Shown: positions 10,488-21,007, numbered from the stretch's first letter. The stretch is 64,000 nucleotides of DNA from Promethearchaeota archaeon (GCA_048941285.1 JBHLNS010000003.1:83736-147735); one strand, 5' to 3'. Notes: a model not told the origin generated them from the letters alone. Translations and numbers: made by a program.

Positions 10488-11681
10488 ATGGTAGATAATA
10501 TGGCTAAAAAAGAAAATAAAAAAGAATTACAGGCAGCGAGAGAATTATTTAATTCTTATTTAGAAAAAGGTAAAGAAGAAAAACTTTTCGAATTACCAAA
10601 TGGTACTGTTAAAATTGATGATCTTAACAGAAAGCAAACTGTTGAGAGATTATATAAATTAGTGGATAACGTTATTACGCAAATTTATAACTCAGGTCGT
10701 CCATCAATTCATCTTCCTGCAAGAACAAGTTCTAACATAATATGGGATGAAGAAAATGATCTTTTACTTTTAGGTGAACAGATTGTAGAAAAACAATTTC
10801 ATACTCTAACAAGTGTAGCAGATATTACAAGATTAATGCGTGTTCTTGAGATAGTAAACGAGTTATTAGGAAAGGATATCCACGCTACAAAAAGGGAAAT
10901 TTTCTATACGGATGTCAAATTATTCACAGAACAGAAGAATAGTGATAAAACCATCGAAGATGTGGCTACAATGTTATATACTACTAGAAATGCAACTCAT
11001 ATAGTCGCTTCTGCAAAAGGAATGTGTGTTGGAAGACTCAGAATAAGAGATCGAAATGATATAATAGATCTTGAAGGTTTAGGCAGTGGAGGTTGGATGA
11101 TATCACCTATGTTAGATAATATAGAAATAATAGAATCAGATGCAGAATTTATATTAGTAGTAGAAAAGGATGCTGCTATGATACGTTTAGCGGAAGATAG
11201 GTTTTGGAGGAAATATCCTTGTATTATACTTACAGCGAAAGGAGCAGCAGATATTGCTACGCGCATGTTCCTAAAGCGTTTAAGTAAAGAATTGAAGTTA
11301 CCTGTTTTTAGTTTAGTAGATAGCGACCCATATGGGCATTATATTCATAGTGTTTATTTAAGGGGGTCAAAAAGATTAAGTTACGAATCTCCTTTCTTAG
11401 CTACTCCAAATATTAAATTACTTGGCGTTTTGACACGAGATCTCGATAAATATAATATCCCAGAAGAAGTGAGACTCCCTATGAAACCAATGGATATTAA
11501 ACGAACCAAGGAATTATTAAATGAAGATTTCGTCAAAAAGAATAAACACTGGGAGACTGATTTAAAATTGGCTCTAAAAATTAAAAAAAAAGCGGAAATT
11601 CAAGCTCTTTCGCAACATGGATTTGAATTTCTCACAAATATTTACCTTCCAGAAAAATTAACAACTGGTGATTGGATATAA
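10488..11681 (+). CDS. top6A: DNA topoisomerase VI subunit A (Spo11 family).
   Basis: KREIFYTD carries the catalytic-Tyr context. Toprim motifs are VVEKDA and VDSDPYG. The start lies 1 nt after the top6B stop. Confidence 0.9.
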   Translation: MVDNMAKKENKKELQAARELFNSYLEKGKEEKLFELPNGTVKIDDLNRKQTVERLYKLVDNVITQIYNSGRPSIHLPARTSSNIIWDEENDLLLLGEQIVEKQFHTLTSVADITRLMRVLEIVNELLGKDIHATKREIFYTDVKLFTEQKNSDKTIEDVATMLYTTRNATHIVASAKGMCVGRLRIRDRNDIIDLEGLGSGGWMISPMLDNIEIIESDAEFILVVEKDAAMIRLAEDRFWRKYPCIILTAKGAADIATRMFLKRLSKELKLPVFSLVDSDPYGHYIHSVYLRGSKRLSYESPFLATPNIKLLGVLTRDLDKYNIPEEVRLPMKPMDIKRTKELLNEDFVKKNKHWETDLKLALKIKKKAEIQALSQHGFEFLTNIYLPEKLTTGDWI

Positions 11682-12067
11682 AACTATTTTATAAAGAAAA
11701 CGGTAGTATTGTTCAGCTTATTGAAATGGAAAAAATTCAAGAATGGCCATTAGAATTGCCGTTTATTTTCGTTGAGTATATAAAAAGTAATAAAATTAGA
11801 TCTTATAGAGATGCGAAAGTAGAAGCTGAAGTTTCAAAATATCTGAATGAAATTTTAACCAAAATAGCAATTCCAAAAATTAAAGACATTTTCGAAACTT
11901 CTAATCAAGAAGAAATTCTCTCTACTCTTTCTATTTTTGAAGAACTTTCAGAAACAAATTCTAGAGCTGTGAAACCAATTGAAAATATGCTTGAAAATTT
12001 AGTAAAACAAACTGATAAAAAAATTGGATCAAAAGCTCAAAAAATTCTTACTAATATCAAAAAATAA
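11672..12067 (+). CDS. Small hypothetical protein, possibly a single HEAT/ARM-like hairpin. The start is uncertain.
   Basis: The ORF opens with TTG and overlaps the top6A stop by 10 nt. The next in-frame ATG is at codon 19. The C-terminal half is helical and HEAT-like. No motif is recognised. Confidence 0.35.
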   Translation: MDIKLFYKENGSIVQLIEMEKIQEWPLELPFIFVEYIKSNKIRSYRDAKVEAEVSKYLNEILTKIAIPKIKDIFETSNQEEILSTLSIFEELSETNSRAVKPIENMLENLVKQTDKKIGSKAQKILTNIKK

Positions 12068-12145
12068 ACCAAAAAATAAGTAATAAATAAAGATTAATAG
12101 AATTGAAAACTATTTCTTCTAAAAAATATAAATTCTATATTAAAA

Positions 12146-12823
12146 TTGAAATTTATGAAATGGAACCAAGAGAATTTCAATGAATTTATAAAAATAAATA
12201 ATGTAGTTGGCTTTTTTGATGAACCAATAAAACTTAACTCTGGAAGGTTATCTTATTGGTATGTAAATTGGAGGAATATAACTTCAAATGTCTACTTAAT
12301 TGATAAATTGACAGATTATATTATTTCATTTACTCAATACCTAGGTTTAAATCCTAACTGTTTCTATGGCGTCCCAGAGGGTGCTACAAAATTAGGCATT
12401 ATAACTCAATTCAAATGGGCAAAAGGACAAAATAATTATGACTTGGGAAAATACCCTCTTGCAATGGGAAGAGGAAAACAAAAAGAACATGGAGATATTA
12501 AGGATAGAATATTTATTGGTGTACCTAAAGGAGATGTTGTTATTCTTGAAGATGTTACAACTACTGGAGGTTCTTTAATTAGTACTATTCAAAAGTTACG
12601 CAATTCTAACATAAAAATAATCGCCAGTATTGGATTAACTAATAGAAACGAATTAAGAGATGATGGTAAAAGTGTAGAAGAAATTATCTCACAATTTGAT
12701 ATCCCATATTATGCAATGAGTAATGCAATTGAATTATTACCTCTTTTAAATATGAATCAAGAAGTAAAAAACCATATCAAAGAATATTTTAAGAGATATG
12801 GAGTTACACAGATAGATCTCTAA
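12146..12823 (+). CDS. Type I phosphoribosyltransferase, orotate PRTase-like.
   Basis: The PRPP-binding loop is VVILEDVTTTGGS. An N-terminal IKLNSGRLSYWYVNWR segment resembles the OPRTase substrate hood. The ORF opens with TTG at 12146, with an alternative ATG at 12155. Confidence 0.6.
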   Translation: MKFMKWNQENFNEFIKINNVVGFFDEPIKLNSGRLSYWYVNWRNITSNVYLIDKLTDYIISFTQYLGLNPNCFYGVPEGATKLGIITQFKWAKGQNNYDLGKYPLAMGRGKQKEHGDIKDRIFIGVPKGDVVILEDVTTTGGSLISTIQKLRNSNIKIIASIGLTNRNELRDDGKSVEEIISQFDIPYYAMSNAIELLPLLNMNQEVKNHIKEYFKRYGVTQIDL

Positions 12824-12845
12824 TCTATTTGCTAATAATACCCAG

Positions 12846-13421
12846 CTATACAAAATCAAATTGAAAGAAATTTCTCCATATTTTAATAAGTTTGTATAAA
12901 TTTTCATAAAGAACTTTTTCAGAAATCGTTAATCTCCTTTCATCATCTAATGATAGTTCAGCCATAGACAACTTTAAGATTTTCAATAAACGGCTATTTA
13001 TAATATTAAAGGTATATGATTGATATCTGTCGATATCTATCTTTGGTTTATGTTTTTTGATTATCTCATTTTCCATGAATCTCCTGAATTCTCTTATCTT
13101 GTTTAAAAAATATTTATTAGATCTTTTTATGAGCATTGAATCATCTCTTTCTTCTATTGCATATCTTTGAACATCAATATTGTCACATTTATCAATCAGA
13201 GCTACTTGTAATATGCCTTTTTCAATGAAAGGAATTGCACTAAATAGTGGTAATTTATATTTTTTACCTACCTCAAAAGGGCCAAAATTTTCACCAAATA
13301 AGGATAAGACTCCATAATCCTTAATGCATTCAGTTACGACCATTTCATGTAGAAAAACAAAATTTAGACGATTTAATGAACTAGAAAAACCATCTTCAAT
13401 TACTAGCAATAAAAAATACAC
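12846..13421 (-). CDS. GINS complex subunit, Gins23 / Psf2-Psf3-like (B domain then A domain).
   Basis: FGENFGPFEVGKKYKLPLFSAIPFIEKG parallels the eukaryotic Psf2 signature G..GPF..G....vPLW.A. The C-terminal helical domain contains RLLKILKLS. MCM and Topo VI lie nearby. Confidence 0.6.
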   Translation of the reverse strand: MYFLLLVIEDGFSSSLNRLNFVFLHEMVVTECIKDYGVLSLFGENFGPFEVGKKYKLPLFSAIPFIEKGILQVALIDKCDNIDVQRYAIEERDDSMLIKRSNKYFLNKIREFRRFMENEIIKKHKPKIDIDRYQSYTFNIINSRLLKILKLSMAELSLDDERRLTISEKVLYENLYKLIKIWRNFFQFDFV

Positions 13422-13515
13422 CAGATTTATTATATTAATAACTTTTTATATAATATGCAAATGTAATGCAAGAGAAATAAACATAACATTAACTTATTAA
13501 TAAAATCAAAACTGC

Positions 13516-16500
13516 GTGAAGATCTTGGTAATAGAAATAATTCTTCTTTCAGTGTTCTTATTTTTTTTTACACTTGGATTTTATTTAATTTATAAGCAAG
13601 TATCTTTAGTTAAGAAAGGAGAAATGCGTAATAAGGACATATTTCAATGTATTATTTATGGACTCATTTTTAGCTTGTCAATTCTGTTAGTATTTACCGT
13701 TGCTGTAATTTTTGCTGTAAGATCGCCTGAATTATGGGATCCAGCAACTACCCCTCCAGATGTACCTCCTTTATCACTTCTTATACCTTTTATTTTTTGC
13801 TTAATATATATTACATTTTATCCTATGGTAGATTTTCTATTTATCGCGTTGAGTAAAGAATCAGATGAAGGATTAACACCATTTCACAAATTTATTAACA
13901 TTAAGATAATAAATTTGTCAAGAAAGAAAATCATAAAAGTATTAATTGCTTTAGTTTTTTATTTATTGGTTTTTATACTCCCTCCTATACTCCTGTCAAT
14001 ATTAGGAGTACCTCTTATTATAATTTGGATAACTTGGATGTTGGTTTATCCACTTATGATATTGACTTTTTATGGATCTAAAGGTTACATTGCTGGTATC
14101 TCAGATGCCTATTACCACATTCCTGATATAAAAAGATCTATATTCCTTAATTTCGAAAATAGTAAAAGAGGAATGAAACAATTCTTATCCCAACCTATAC
14201 ATTATATTATACTAGGATTGATGCTATTTGTATTTGTATGGGCATGGATCTCATTATTCCAAACTATAATCTTCTTTTTCACAGGAACATTAGCAATATC
14301 GACAATGTCTTCTGTCTTTGTATTTGTAACCCTTTTTTTTGGAATTTTAGGATATTTTACTCGTTTTTGGGGACGTAAAATAAAATATAGAGGAATTGAT
14401 ATTTATTTCGCTGCCTATTTAATGGCATCTATAGGAATCAATGTTTTGGTCAATTTTCTAATTGTAAATCCTGAAAAGTTACAATATACTTTTAATTTAT
14501 GGATAGTAACAAGTGAAATTTATCCCGATAATAGTTCGAGTTTAGCGTGGGCAGCTGTGATTGAAGAAATTGTATTGATAATTTTTACTTCATATTATTT
14601 TTTAGCCATAAATAGTGATTTTGTGATGAATATCAAATATTCAAAAATTACTAAATCTGGACAAACATTTGATCCTATCCCGCTCTTTAATTTTATTAAG
14701 CATAAAAATCCCAAAATAAGAGAACATGCTGTAGAGACTATAAATATGATGTTTGAACGAATTCCTTTAAAAGATGAAACAATTCTCAATGATTGGAAAT
14801 TTAAAAATTCATTACTGGACGGAGTAAGTGATTATAATACACATTCTAGAAAAATTTGTAGCCAATTATTACTTAAAATAGAAAATGATGTTCCATTGCT
14901 TCTACTGGAATGGGTAATAGAAGCATTGCAATCTCCAAATTACGATAAAAGTATCCCTATAGCAAGAACTCTTTTAAAGGCAGATTTTAGTTTCATAGAA
15001 AAAATACCTCAAGAGTTAATACTTAATCTCATTGAAGATTCAGAATGGAGATTAAGATTAATAGCATTAAAGATACTGGCTAGATCAAATACTAAAATAA
15101 AAAGTTTAATTCCAAGTTTAAACATCAAAAGTTTAATAAATGACCCAAATAGCGAAATAGTGGTTGAGATTTTTAATCTATTAGCTAATTGTTCCTATAA
15201 ACTACCTATTAATCTAATAATTGATAAAATTTTTCACGTTAATAATGAAATTAGTGCTGCAGCAATTAAAAATATAAGAAATCTCGACATTAAACAAATT
15301 GATCGAAAAATCGTCTCTAAAATTATTCCCTTAATTAAAGATCCATCTAGTTCTGTAAGAGCATCGATTTTTGATGTCCTTGCGAATATTGGCAATTTCA
15401 AAAAAAATAGTATACCAATTTTACCATTTTTAGAAGGTTTAACTGATTCGAACGAAAAAGCAAGACATGCAGCAATAAATGCTCTTGAAAAGTACTTTGA
15501 AGAAGAACCTGGACTATTAGATATTGATGCCATTATTAATAGAGTTGATCCAAATAATTTTGAGATTTTAAATGATATTGTTAAACTTCTAAGAAAACTA
15601 TGGAAATTTGATTCAGAAAAAATTTTAACTACTTTTCTGATATTAATAAAATTTGAGAATGATAAATTAAGAGAGAATATTTCCGAGATCTTATCAGAAA
15701 AATCTATTAAAAACCCTGATTTAGTAATTACGAATTTGATTAAAATACCAGATGTTACAACTTACATAACTAAAGGAATTATTTCAAAAACACTAATAAA
15801 AATTGGAAATAAAAACCCTGAAACTGTTATTCCTGTTTTATTAAAATATTCAACTGCTGAAGATATTGAGGTACGATTAAATGCAATCGAATCAATTGAT
15901 GGATTAATAGAAGAATTCATTAATTATATTGATGTAAAGCCAATTATTTCAATTCTGCAAAAAGATGAGAATTACCAAGCAAAGATAAAGGCTGCAGGTA
16001 TAATTTCAAAAATAGCTCAAAAAGATGCTTCTTTAATGAAGCCATTCATTTCAGATTTTTTCTCAGCTATAACTGGACAAGATTCAAAAGTAAAGATTGT
16101 TCTTACTAAATCACTACTTGAAATAGCAAAAAAATCCCCAGAGATTATTCCAATCAACGATATTATGAATTTACTTTATGATAAAGATTCCTTTATACGT
16201 GAAACATGTGTTAAAATATTAGGATTTGCAGGACATAAACTTCCAATATCAATTATTGATGTTTTAATAACTACCGCTTTAAATGACGATGAATGGATTG
16301 TAAGGGAAGCAACAGTGACAAGTTTAGGAAAAATAATTGGTTTTATCGATAATAAAGAAAAAATCATTGAAAGACTTATTTCTCTCCTTGACGATGAACA
16401 AAGTTGGGTCCGCTGGTCTGCTTTAAATATATTATCTAATATCAGTGAAGTGAGTAGCTCTCATATTCCATTTAATAAGCTACAAATTAATTTAAAAAGC

Positions 16501-16872
16501 GATGATCCTAAAATCAGAGAAGCATCCGCTAGATTAAGTAAGATTTACAGCAATAAAATTGAACAAGTAATTGACGAATTAATAAATATCCTAGGGGATG
16601 AATCAAAAGAAGTTAGAACTAGTATGATTAATACTTTTGTTGAGATTATAAAACGTATAGGACTTAATCGAATATTAAGTAGGCTTTTAGAAAATTTAAG
16701 TGGAAAAGGTTCTTTAACAACTCAACGTTCAATTGCTTTAATTTTAGGTAGAACAGTTAATTATGAAAATGAAAAAATTAAGAAGAGAGTAATATCCCTT
16801 TTAAAAATAAGATGTGAGATGAGTCAAGACCCGCTAATTTGTGAAACACTCCAAAATTTAAGGGGAAGTTAA
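13516..16872 (+). CDS. Polytopic membrane protein fused to a ~750-aa cytoplasmic HEAT-repeat array.
   Basis: The first ~370 aa contain about 9-10 hydrophobic spans. The remainder has many HEAT-like repeats (DSEWRLRLIALKILAR, DDEWIVREATVTSLGKI, DEQSWVRWSALNILSNI, DDPKIREASARLSKI, ESKEVRTSMINTFVEI). The start codon is GTG. Confidence 0.6.
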   Translation: MKILVIEIILLSVFLFFFTLGFYLIYKQVSLVKKGEMRNKDIFQCIIYGLIFSLSILLVFTVAVIFAVRSPELWDPATTPPDVPPLSLLIPFIFCLIYITFYPMVDFLFIALSKESDEGLTPFHKFINIKIINLSRKKIIKVLIALVFYLLVFILPPILLSILGVPLIIIWITWMLVYPLMILTFYGSKGYIAGISDAYYHIPDIKRSIFLNFENSKRGMKQFLSQPIHYIILGLMLFVFVWAWISLFQTIIFFFTGTLAISTMSSVFVFVTLFFGILGYFTRFWGRKIKYRGIDIYFAAYLMASIGINVLVNFLIVNPEKLQYTFNLWIVTSEIYPDNSSSLAWAAVIEEIVLIIFTSYYFLAINSDFVMNIKYSKITKSGQTFDPIPLFNFIKHKNPKIREHAVETINMMFERIPLKDETILNDWKFKNSLLDGVSDYNTHSRKICSQLLLKIENDVPLLLLEWVIEALQSPNYDKSIPIARTLLKADFSFIEKIPQELILNLIEDSEWRLRLIALKILARSNTKIKSLIPSLNIKSLINDPNSEIVVEIFNLLANCSYKLPINLIIDKIFHVNNEISAAAIKNIRNLDIKQIDRKIVSKIIPLIKDPSSSVRASIFDVLANIGNFKKNSIPILPFLEGLTDSNEKARHAAINALEKYFEEEPGLLDIDAIINRVDPNNFEILNDIVKLLRKLWKFDSEKILTTFLILIKFENDKLRENISEILSEKSIKNPDLVITNLIKIPDVTTYITKGIISKTLIKIGNKNPETVIPVLLKYSTAEDIEVRLNAIESIDGLIEEFINYIDVKPIISILQKDENYQAKIKAAGIISKIAQKDASLMKPFISDFFSAITGQDSKVKIVLTKSLLEIAKKSPEIIPINDIMNLLYDKDSFIRETCVKILGFAGHKLPISIIDVLITTALNDDEWIVREATVTSLGKIIGFIDNKEKIIERLISLLDDEQSWVRWSALNILSNISEVSSSHIPFNKLQINLKSDDPKIREASARLSKIYSNKIEQVIDELINILGDESKEVRTSMINTFVEIIKRIGLNRILSRLLENLSGKGSLTTQRSIALILGRTVNYENEKIKKRVISLLKIRCEMSQDPLICETLQNLRGS

Positions 16873-17042
16873 AAAATAATTTTTCTAATTAATAGTTTCA
16901 AATATAATTCAATAAATCTTACGACAGTCTTAGGTTTTTTATAATTGATTATTTACCTTTTAATAAAATATGTCATTAATATCAGAATTAAAAAATCACC
17001 AAGAATATTTTAGGCATATTAGAAAAATTTGAGTTTTTTATC

Positions 17043-19169
17043 ATGACAACTCCTCTTTCAACGCCTAGTAGCCCAATTAATAAAATTCAACGCTTTGAGG
17101 ATTTTTATCGACTATTTCAAGAAAGTCCGGGTATATATAAATATCAAGATCAAATTAATGACATCTATGCAAAAGGTGGAAATACACTAATAATACTATT
17201 TGAAGATCTATTAGCGAGTGATCCCGACATTGCAGAAATGCTTAAAAGAGATCCCGAAGCGATAATTGAGGATGCAGTTGACGCCTTCAAAAATTTGTTA
17301 AAATTTCAAGGCTTAAAATTAACTAATAAAGACTACTTTGTAAGAATAACAACGAAAGATAAAAATAGTCCCCTTTTTCTTCCTTTAAGAGGTTTAAGAG
17401 CAAAACACATTGATACTCTTGTTTGGTCTAAAGGGATCTTAGTCAGATGTTCTACAATAAGACCAAAAATTATAAAAGCATCTTTTGAATGTAATTTATG
17501 TGGAGCTCAATTCGATGTTATTCAGTTAACTTCAAGAATAAGATGGCCCAAATTTTGTACAAATAAACGGTGTAAGGCTAAAGCTCAGACAGATTTTAGA
17601 CTAATATCAAAACATTCAGAATTCATCGATTGGCAGTCAATAATGATACAAGAAATACCAGAAGATTTACCTCCTGGTAGAATTCCCAGATCAGTTCAAG
17701 CTATTTTAACTCATAATTTAGTTGATACAGTAAAGCCTGGGGATAGAGTTAAGATGATGGGTATTTTTAAATCAGTTTTAGCTCAATCAACTAAGAGCAA
17801 TAATTCTACATTATTTAAGACATTCTTTGATATCAATTTTATTGACCCTGAGGATAAAACTGAGGATATCATTGATCTTACCAAAGAGGATAGAAAAAAA
17901 ATAGAGGACTTGTCTAAGGAGCCTTTTATACAAAAAAAAATCGCAAGATCAATTGCTCCTGACATATATGGGAGAGAAGATCTTAAAATTGCATGTGCTT
18001 TAAGTTTATTTGCAGGAACAAGAAAAAAGAAACCTGGAGGAGGCTATAAAAGAGGTGATATCCACATATTATTTGTTGGAGACCCTGGAACTGGAAAATC
18101 AGAGATTCTAAAAAGTGCCATAGAAGTATCTCCAAGAGGGTTATATACTTCTGGGAAAGGTTCAACAGCTGTAGGTTTAACTGCTGCTGTAATTAAAGAC
18201 ACAGACACTGGTCAGATGAACCTTGAAGCAGGTGTGGTTGTGTTAGCAAATGGAGGTGTCGCAGCAATAGATGAATTTGATAAAATGGATACTGCAGATA
18301 GATCTGCTCTTCACGAAGCTATGGAACAACAAACTGTAAGTATTGCTAAGGCGGGAATTGTTGCTACATTGAAAGCCCAAACTGCAATAATTTCGGCAGC
18401 TAATCCTTATTCTGGAAGATATGATAGATATAAGACACCTACCCAAAATATTCGACTACCTCCTTCTCTTTTATCTCGTTTTGATTTAATTTTTGTGGTT
18501 GTTGATAGACCAAATCCAGCAGATGATGCACAAATGGCTGAATTTATATTAAAAAATTCTATGTTAGATCCAGAGGAATCAATGGATGAAAATGATACTT
18601 CTATAGCTCCAATCTCAAGTGATCTTTTAAAAAAATACATCAAACACGCTCGTAGAAATTATAATCCAATATTGTCAGATGAGGCTAAGGAAAGAATAAA
18701 AGAATTTTACTTAGAATTAAGGGGCCAATATGATAGTGAAGATGCAATTATTTCAATTTTGGCAAGAAATTTAGATGCCTTAGTAAGACTCAGTGAATCC
18801 TATGCAAAAATGGCTTTAAGAAATAAAGTTCTAAAAGAAGATGTTGATGAAATTATTAAACTATTTAAAAGATATTTAAAAGATACAGGTTATGATGAAA
18901 CAACTGGCAAAATTGATATGGATAGAATATTCGTTGGGCAATCCAGGAGCAATCTTAATAAACTAGAAACTCTAATGAATAGATTAAAAGAAATCTTTGA
19001 AGAAAATAATTGGAAAGCTCTTGAGAAATCAAATGTTATTCAAATTCTAGAATTAGAAGAAAATTTAGATAAAAAATTTATTGAAACTGCTCTAGAAGAA
19101 TTACTAAAAGAAGGAACTCTATATGAACCAAAAAGTAGCCAGATCAAATTCACAAACAAAGAAATTTAA
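17043..19169 (+). CDS. mcm: MCM replicative helicase.
   Basis: Zinc motif CNLCG..FCTNKRC, Walker A GDPGTGKSE, Walker B AAIDEFDKM and arginine finger SRFDLIF are all present. Length is 708 aa and no intein is visible. Confidence 0.92.
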   Translation: MTTPLSTPSSPINKIQRFEDFYRLFQESPGIYKYQDQINDIYAKGGNTLIILFEDLLASDPDIAEMLKRDPEAIIEDAVDAFKNLLKFQGLKLTNKDYFVRITTKDKNSPLFLPLRGLRAKHIDTLVWSKGILVRCSTIRPKIIKASFECNLCGAQFDVIQLTSRIRWPKFCTNKRCKAKAQTDFRLISKHSEFIDWQSIMIQEIPEDLPPGRIPRSVQAILTHNLVDTVKPGDRVKMMGIFKSVLAQSTKSNNSTLFKTFFDINFIDPEDKTEDIIDLTKEDRKKIEDLSKEPFIQKKIARSIAPDIYGREDLKIACALSLFAGTRKKKPGGGYKRGDIHILFVGDPGTGKSEILKSAIEVSPRGLYTSGKGSTAVGLTAAVIKDTDTGQMNLEAGVVVLANGGVAAIDEFDKMDTADRSALHEAMEQQTVSIAKAGIVATLKAQTAIISAANPYSGRYDRYKTPTQNIRLPPSLLSRFDLIFVVVDRPNPADDAQMAEFILKNSMLDPEESMDENDTSIAPISSDLLKKYIKHARRNYNPILSDEAKERIKEFYLELRGQYDSEDAIISILARNLDALVRLSESYAKMALRNKVLKEDVDEIIKLFKRYLKDTGYDETTGKIDMDRIFVGQSRSNLNKLETLMNRLKEIFEENNWKALEKSNVIQILELEENLDKKFIETALEELLKEGTLYEPKSSQIKFTNKEI

Positions 19170-19690
19170 TAAAATTTATTTAATACAAGTTCAGCTATCA
19201 TTTCAAAGGCACTTTCAACATTTTCACCTGTTTTAGCAGAAGTATATATAATTGAAATCGCATTAATTTCTTTCCCTAAAGAATAAATCTCTTTGTCACT
19301 CAATTCTTTTTCTAAATCAGTTTTATTAGCTATTAGTACAACAGGAGCCTTTTCGCAATATTGTTTTATATCGGGAACCCAAAAATGATTAATTTGATCA
19401 AATGTATTTTTTCTCGTTAGGTCACCCACAATGAGTACTCCTTTTGCTCCAACATAATAAGAACGTCTCATATTTATCCAGCGTTCTTGTCCAGCTATAT
19501 CCCACAGTTGAATTCTTACCTTACCTAAATTTTTAATATTAACTTTCTTGATAAAAATATTAGTTCCAATACTTGATCGATAATCTTTGGCAAATTGCCC
19601 CGATACAAACTTTTTGACTAAACTAGTCTTGCCTACAGCAGGTTCTCCAACAATGATAATTTTTATACTAAGTTTCTTAACTTTTTTCAT
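19166..19690 (-). CDS. Ras-superfamily small GTPase, Rab/Ras-like.
   Basis: G1 GEPAVGKTS, a switch I Thr (SIGTNIF), G3 WDIAGQER, G4 NKTDL and G5 TSAK are present. Length is 174 aa with no C-terminal Cys. Confidence 0.85.
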   Translation of the reverse strand: MKKVKKLSIKIIIVGEPAVGKTSLVKKFVSGQFAKDYRSSIGTNIFIKKVNIKNLGKVRIQLWDIAGQERWINMRRSYYVGAKGVLIVGDLTRKNTFDQINHFWVPDIKQYCEKAPVVLIANKTDLEKELSDKEIYSLGKEINAISIIYTSAKTGENVESAFEMIAELVLNKFY

Positions 19691-19808
19691 ATTTAACTAC
19701 ATCTATGAAGAAAATTTTATAAGTATATATGTAAATATTAAAATAATTGAAGTTTAAAATTATTGATTTGAATTCAGAAAATAAATAATAAAGTAAAACT
19801 TCGTAATT

Positions 19809-20900
19809 ATGACAACTGGAATAGTATATGATAATATTTACTTGGAACATAAAATAGGAACCCATGTAGAAAGCCATGAAAGATTAATCGCAATTATGGA
19901 TTTTTTAAAAGAAAAAAAATTACTTGAAGACCCCAGTTTTAGAATTATTAAGCCAAGGAAGGCGACTCTTGACCAGATAAAATATGTACATAATGAAGGT
20001 ATAATAAAAGAAATACAAGAAATTTGTGAATTAAGTGCTAAAACGCACCGTCTTCAATATATAGACATGGACACCATCGCGTCTCCTAGAACTTATGAAG
20101 CTTCGTTATTCTCAGTAGGTGGAAATTTACAGGCTGCAGATGAAATTTTAGACGGTAAAGTAAAGAATGCTTTTGCTTTAGTTAGACCCCCTGGGCACCA
20201 CTCTAATTCTCATCGATTCGCGGGGTTTTGCATTTTCAATAATATTGCTGTTACTGCGGAATACCTCTTTAGAGAAAAAGCTATAAAAAAAGTAGTTATT
20301 ATTGATTGGGATTGCCACCATGGAAATGGGACACAAGATATATTTTATCAAGGTTCTAAATCCGATTCTGGTGAATTAGTAATATTTAATTCTCATCAAT
20401 ATGGATACTTCTATCCAGGATCTGGAAATTTTGATGAAATTGGTAATGGTAAAGGTGCCGGTAAAATCATTAATTATCCAATGCCTGCTGGCTCAGCAGA
20501 TGATGTAATACCTATTTATTTCAACGAAATAATTAAACCTATCTGTGAAGAATTTAAGCCAGAATTCATACTAATATCTGCAGGTTTTGATACGCATTGG
20601 ACAGATCAGTTAACGAATATGAACTGGACTTATCAAGCTCCTGCAGAATATTTACAGAAAATCAGAACAATAGCAAAAAAATATGCTAACGAAAGAATTT
20701 TAATTACTTTAGAAGGTGGATACCAGATAGATAAACAAGCGAGAGCAGTTTATAATTGTCTAAGAGTTCTTAATAACGATGATAATAAAATGGTAAAAGA
20801 GGAAATTAGGTCCTCAGGACAAAAATTACTAGATTATTATTATAACAAATTAATTCCGGCTTTAAAGGATAAATTAAATCCATATTGGAATTGTTTTTAA
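19809..20900 (+). CDS. Histone deacetylase-family (HDAC/AcuC/acetylpolyamine amidohydrolase-type) zinc deacetylase.
   Basis: Motifs present are RPPGHH, DWDCHHGNGTQ, SAGFD and LEGGY. Confidence 0.8.
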   Translation: MTTGIVYDNIYLEHKIGTHVESHERLIAIMDFLKEKKLLEDPSFRIIKPRKATLDQIKYVHNEGIIKEIQEICELSAKTHRLQYIDMDTIASPRTYEASLFSVGGNLQAADEILDGKVKNAFALVRPPGHHSNSHRFAGFCIFNNIAVTAEYLFREKAIKKVVIIDWDCHHGNGTQDIFYQGSKSDSGELVIFNSHQYGYFYPGSGNFDEIGNGKGAGKIINYPMPAGSADDVIPIYFNEIIKPICEEFKPEFILISAGFDTHWTDQLTNMNWTYQAPAEYLQKIRTIAKKYANERILITLEGGYQIDKQARAVYNCLRVLNNDDNKMVKEEIRSSGQKLLDYYYNKLIPALKDKLNPYWNCF

Positions 20901-21007
20901 GTTATAACATACAAACACTTTTATATTTACATTTATGCTATAATCATAATTACTCCTATAAAATTATAGAAATATTTTTAATGTAATTAAACAATAAGGA
21001 GATTAAT

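Noticed and set aside
16873-17042. Possible replication origin or regulatory uORF upstream of MCM, including a 20-codon ORF at 16970-17032.
   Set aside because: I found no repeated ORB-like elements or dyad repeats, and no adjacent orc1/cdc6. The mini-ORF is too short and has no supporting signal.
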